Source of the DNA: an uncultured Alphaproteobacteria bacterium
Lineage (GTDB): Bacteria; Pseudomonadota; Alphaproteobacteria; GCA-002720895
DNA: 64,000 bases
Assembly (NCBI GenBank): GCA_902607475.1
Contig: CACLKH010000003.1
Coordinates: forward strand, 521 to 64,520
Direction: 5' to 3'
Shown here piece after piece: positions 60,424 to 64,000 of this stretch (position 1 is the stretch's first letter; each line of letters opens with the position of its first letter). The notes beneath the pieces were generated by a model, which saw nothing but the letters and a program-made list of their open reading frames with translations, had not been told where the DNA came from and made no database searches. The position numbers and the translations under genes are program-made.

Positions 60424-61122
60424 TTATTTTTTCCTACAGGAATATATGACTGCGATTCCAAAATTAAGGTTATAATAATTAATATTATAAAATTTTCTAA
60501 ACTTTAAAATTTTACAAATTTCTTCTTGTGAAGGAAATCTTTTTATACTTTCAACTAGATATTTATAAGCCTCTTTATTACCTGTAATATTTTTACCCAG
60601 TTCAGGTATAAAATTATCAGAATATATTTTATAAATTGAACCAATTGTTAAATTTTTAACTTTGCCAAATTCTAGACAAAGAAATTGTCCATTTTTTTTT
60701 AAAATTCTATTAATTTCATTTAAAGTTATTTTAATATTTTCAACATTTCTTAAACTAAATGACATTGTTACTAAATCAAATTTATTATCTTTAAAAGGAA
60801 GCTTTTCACCATACGAAGCTACCCATAGAACATTTTTTTTTTTTATTTTTTTTATCCCTTGTTGTATCATTTTTATATTTGGATCTACTAAATAAGCTAA
60901 ATAATTAGAATTTAGTTTAGATTTATTATTAATATGAGAAATAATATCTCCAGTGCCACATCCTAAATCTAAAATAATATTTTTATTTTTTAAATTTAAA
61001 TCTATAAGATCAATAAACTTTCTTTTCCATTTTCTGTGTAATCCAAAACTCATAAGATCATTCATGAAATCATATTTATCTGCAATACTTTGAAAGATTT
61101 TATTTATATTTTCTTTTTTCAT
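60424..61122 (-). CDS. ubiE: ubiquinone/menaquinone biosynthesis C-methyltransferase
   Basis: 232 aa; YDFMNDLMSFGLHRKWKR, SAM motif LDLGCGTGD. Confidence 0.85.
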   Translation of the reverse strand: MKKENINKIFQSIADKYDFMNDLMSFGLHRKWKRKFIDLIDLNLKNKNIILDLGCGTGDIISHINNKSKLNSNYLAYLVDPNIKMIQQGIKKIKKKNVLWVASYGEKLPFKDNKFDLVTMSFSLRNVENIKITLNEINRILKKNGQFLCLEFGKVKNLTIGSIYKIYSDNFIPELGKNITGNKEAYKYLVESIKRFPSQEEICKILKFRKFYNINYYNLNFGIAVIYSCRKK

Positions 61123-61270
61123 TTTTTTAATTATTTTAATTAAAATTATAAATTTAAAATATTTCTATACTAGGCTTACTAGAATTTGTAATATATAAAA
61201 AATACAAAAATTATTGGATTATTTCATAATTTTGTTTATAACGGGTAAGATATTTTTTTTTATTAATTTT

Positions 61271-61531
61271 ATGCCTATAACAAAATCAGCTAAAAAAAGA
61301 GTTAGACAAGAAAAAACTAGAAATGCGAGAAATAAAATAGTTTCTTTGAAATTTAAAGCAAATATAAAGGAGCTCTTGGAACATATTGCTAAAAAAAAAA
61401 AAACAAAATCTCAAGAACTCTTCAAAATCTGTGAAAAACAATTAACAATTGCTGGAAATAGGGGAATATTAAAAAAAAAAAAGATTTCAAGAAAAATTTC
61501 TTCACTAAATAGCAAAATAAAAGCAATTTGA
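61271..61531 (+). CDS. rpsT: 30S ribosomal protein S20 (ATG at 61271, inside the longer ORF-track ORF)
   Basis: MPITKSAKKRVRQEKTRNARN... is the canonical S20 N-terminus. Confidence 0.85.
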   Translation: MPITKSAKKRVRQEKTRNARNKIVSLKFKANIKELLEHIAKKKKTKSQELFKICEKQLTIAGNRGILKKKKISRKISSLNSKIKAI

Positions 61532-61746
61532 TGCTATATTATCTGTGTTGTATTTTTGCAACATCAATATTTATATTTCTATATTTTAAAATTAGATTTA
61601 GGTAGATGTATTCAATTCAAATATACTTATTTGAAGTTGAATTATACGTTAAAACGTGTCGGGGGATACTTTTTTATAATTTTAAATATGCACAACTGAA
61701 TTATATGCATGACTGAGTAATATGTGCATATTTATTCGTATCAGAT

Positions 61747-63111
61747 ATGGAAGAATTGAAAAAAAATATAAATTCAGATGAAATTATTTGGTCCAGTATC
61801 AAGATCCAGTTAAAAGATATATATGGAGAATCGGAATATTCTAATTGGCTTAAATTATTAACATTTAATAAAATTGATAAAAATATAATAATATTTTATG
61901 CACCGACCAAGTTTATGTGTGATTGGATACTTTCCCATTATGGAAAAAAAATATTATCATTGTGGAGAGAAAGAAGTAAATCAGTAAAAGATATATCTAT
62001 ATTTGTATATAACGATAAAGAAACTGATAAAAAAAATAAAAATTATAAAAGTTTTGAAAATACTATATCAAATACAGAAAAAGATGAATTTGAAAATAAT
62101 TTAGATCCAAGATTTACATTTAAAGATTTTGTAGTGGGAAAATCTAATGAACTTGCCTTTTCAGCTTGTAGAAGAGTTGCAGATTCTGAAGATGTTCCTT
62201 TTAATCCTTTATTTTTATACGGTGGCGTTGGATTAGGTAAAACACATTTAATGCATGCAATTGCTTGGCAAAAAAGAAAATTAAATCCAAGGCTAAAGAT
62301 TATGTATTTATCAGCAGAAAAATTTATGTACGAATTTATAAAAGCTCTTAGATTAAAAAATACAGTTGCTTTTAAAGAACAGTTTAGGTCTGTTAATTTA
62401 TTGATGATTGATGATGTTCAGTTTATTATTGGTAAAGAATCTACACAAGAGGAATTTTTTCATACATTTAATGCACTGGCAGACCAAAACAGACAAATGG
62501 TAATTTCTGCTGATAAATCACCTTCTGATCTTGAAGGATTAGAAGAAAGATTAAGATCAAGGCTTGGCTGGGGATTAGTAGCTGATATTCATCCAACTAC
62601 TTATGAATTAAGATTAAGTATAATTGAGGCAAAAATTGAAAAATATAATATTGGTTTACCTAAAGATGTAATGGAGTTTTTAGCTCATAAAATAACCACA
62701 AGCGTCCGTGAACTTGAAGGTGCTTTAACAAGGTTAGCTGCTCATGTTACTTTAGTTGGTAGATCAGTGGATCTAGAAATTGCAGAAGATTTGCTTCAAG
62801 ATTTATTAAGAGCAAGTGATAGAAGGGCAACTATTGATCAAATACAAAAAAAGGTTGCTGAACATTTCAATGTTAAAATATCAGATATGCATTCGTCAAG
62901 AAGATCAAGGACAGTTGCCAGGCCAAGACAAATAGCTATGTTTTTAGCTAAAAACTTAACAACAAGATCCCTTCCTGAAATTGGTAGAAAGTTCGGTGGT
63001 AGAGATCATACAACAGTAATTCATGCTATAAAAAAAATAAAAGAATTAGTAAAAAATGATTCAAGCCTTTCAGAGGATATAGAAATTTTAACTCGTTCTT
63101 TACAAAGTTAA
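61747..63111 (+). CDS. dnaA: chromosomal replication initiator protein DnaA
   Basis: 454 aa; AAA+ Walker A GGVGLGKTHL, LMIDDVQF, C-terminal DNA-binding domain ...HTTVIHA. Confidence 0.97.
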   Translation: MEELKKNINSDEIIWSSIKIQLKDIYGESEYSNWLKLLTFNKIDKNIIIFYAPTKFMCDWILSHYGKKILSLWRERSKSVKDISIFVYNDKETDKKNKNYKSFENTISNTEKDEFENNLDPRFTFKDFVVGKSNELAFSACRRVADSEDVPFNPLFLYGGVGLGKTHLMHAIAWQKRKLNPRLKIMYLSAEKFMYEFIKALRLKNTVAFKEQFRSVNLLMIDDVQFIIGKESTQEEFFHTFNALADQNRQMVISADKSPSDLEGLEERLRSRLGWGLVADIHPTTYELRLSIIEAKIEKYNIGLPKDVMEFLAHKITTSVRELEGALTRLAAHVTLVGRSVDLEIAEDLLQDLLRASDRRATIDQIQKKVAEHFNVKISDMHSSRRSRTVARPRQIAMFLAKNLTTRSLPEIGRKFGGRDHTTVIHAIKKIKELVKNDSSLSEDIEILTRSLQS

Positions 63112-63162
63112 GATTTTTTATTTATTTAAAAAACTGCTATAATAAATTTATTTTCTAAATTA

Positions 63163-64000
63163 ATGAAATTACAACTGTCGAAATCTAATTTTGTAAAATC
63201 ACTTTCATTCGTTCAAAATATTGTTGAAAGTAAAGCAACAATTCCTATTTTGGCTAATGTTTTACTCGAAGCTAAACAAGGACGATTAAACATTTCTGCA
63301 ACTGATATGGATATAACAATTTTTGATAAAATAAAAATTGATAATATTGAAGCTGAGGGTTCAACAAGCGTTCCTGCACATACTTTATATAATGTTATCA
63401 AAGAGCTACCAGATGATAATCCTATTGACTTAAGTTATGATCAAAATAGTAAGAAATTACATTTAATGTCATCAAAATCAAAGTTTGTTTTTTCATGTTT
63501 ATCTAAGGATGAATTTCCTATTTTATCAGATGAAACTTTTAAAATAAGTTTTGATTTAAAATCAGATATATTAAGAGAGATAATTGATAAAACATACTTT
63601 GCTTCTTCAAATGAAGAAACAAGATATTATTTAAATGGTCTTTATATACACACGGCTACTGTAAACAACAAAAATTATTTAAGAGGCGTTGCAACCGATG
63701 GACATAGACTTGCTCAGTACCAAATAAATATGCCTTCTGCAGTTATTAAAAATAATTTTGGTGTAATAGTACCTAAAAAATTAATTTTTGAATTAAGAAA
63801 ATTAATAGATGATTTGAAAGAAAACATAAAAATTGATTTGTCAGAGAGAAAAATAAGATTTTCTTTCAATGAAACAATAATAGTTTCAAAGTTAATTGAC
63901 GGTAAATTTCCTGATTACGAAAAAGTAATACCTAAAAATACAAACAACAGTTTTTCTATAGATAGAAAAAAATTTTTAGAATCTATTAACAGAATATCAA
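63163..64000 (+). CDS. dnaN: DNA polymerase III beta sliding clamp, N-terminal about 279 codons (3' end outside the window)
   Basis: MKLQLSKSNFVKSLSFVQNIVESKATIPILANVLLEA... matches the beta-clamp domain I/II pattern; immediately downstream of dnaA. Confidence 0.9.
   Translation, partial: MKLQLSKSNFVKSLSFVQNIVESKATIPILANVLLEAKQGRLNISATDMDITIFDKIKIDNIEAEGSTSVPAHTLYNVIKELPDDNPIDLSYDQNSKKLHLMSSKSKFVFSCLSKDEFPILSDETFKISFDLKSDILREIIDKTYFASSNEETRYYLNGLYIHTATVNNKNYLRGVATDGHRLAQYQINMPSAVIKNNFGVIVPKKLIFELRKLIDDLKENIKIDLSERKIRFSFNETIIVSKLIDGKFPDYEKVIPKNTNNSFSIDRKKFLESINRIS

Noticed and set aside
61532-61746. Canonical DnaA boxes (TTATCCACA) upstream of dnaA
   Set aside because: No 8-of-9 or 9-of-9 match is present. 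Only 7/9-like ATATGCACA motifs occur, which are reported separately as a finding, not as DnaA boxes.
1-64000. tRNA, rRNA, CRISPR arrays, insertion sequences and prophage genes
   Set aside because: No intergenic region exceeds about 215 bp, and none has the GC-rich, cloverleaf-compatible composition of a tRNA. No direct-repeat/spacer periodicity is visible. No transposase, integrase, recombinase or phage structural ORFs appear in any frame.

Overview
The window is strongly AT-rich and densely packed with about 70 protein-coding genes. Intergenic gaps are tiny, neighbouring genes often overlap, and many coding sequences carry lysine-rich low-complexity stretches. Gene content and synteny point to a streamlined free-living alphaproteobacterium (Pelagibacterales/SAR11-like), but this is an inference from composition and gene order, not from any database search.

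Gene order follows recognisable alphaproteobacterial blocks:
- dnaQ (3' end), secB, fxsA, Tim44-like and Smr genes.
- hslVU placed divergently from hisBHAFE and a HIT-family gene.
- The split transhydrogenase genes pntAA, pntAB and pntB.
- gshB, a two-BON-domain lipoprotein and rsmI, facing an LpoA/LppC-like gene on the other strand.
- rdgB, then grpE, dnaK and dnaJ, then dapB.
- An EamA transporter gene, nth, a pfkB-family kinase gene and ampG.
- An OprO/P-like porin gene convergent with a lone pstS.
- glnD, murJ, trpS and an Nfu-type Fe-S carrier gene.
- A peptidoglycan-remodelling trio, then tsaB.
- fur followed by olsB and olsA.
- miaB, ybeZ, ybeY, lnt, metK and trmB.
- nusA, infB, rbfA, truB, rpsO and pnp, running directly into fabA, an in-frame fabB-fabI fusion, and irr.
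- An SH3b-domain gene, moeB/thiF, cysK and an Rrf2 regulator gene, then dut, coaBC and ubiE.
- rpsT, dnaA and the 5' part of dnaN.

I found no rRNA, tRNA, CRISPR array, transposase, integrase or phage gene; no intergenic region is long enough or GC-rich enough to hold a tRNA. The window is core housekeeping DNA rather than an accessory island, and I do not see an obviously novel multi-gene system.

The points most worth a second look are:
- A sigma32-like promoter pattern (CTT[AG], 17-18 nt spacer, ATTA) shared by hslVU, grpE and dnaK.
- The in-frame FabB-FabI fusion.
- A near-consensus Pho box upstream of the orphan pstS, beside a Pho-porin-like gene.
- A cysteine-free, CymR-like Rrf2 regulator gene directly upstream of cysK and moeB.
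- Structured repeats immediately upstream of dnaA.
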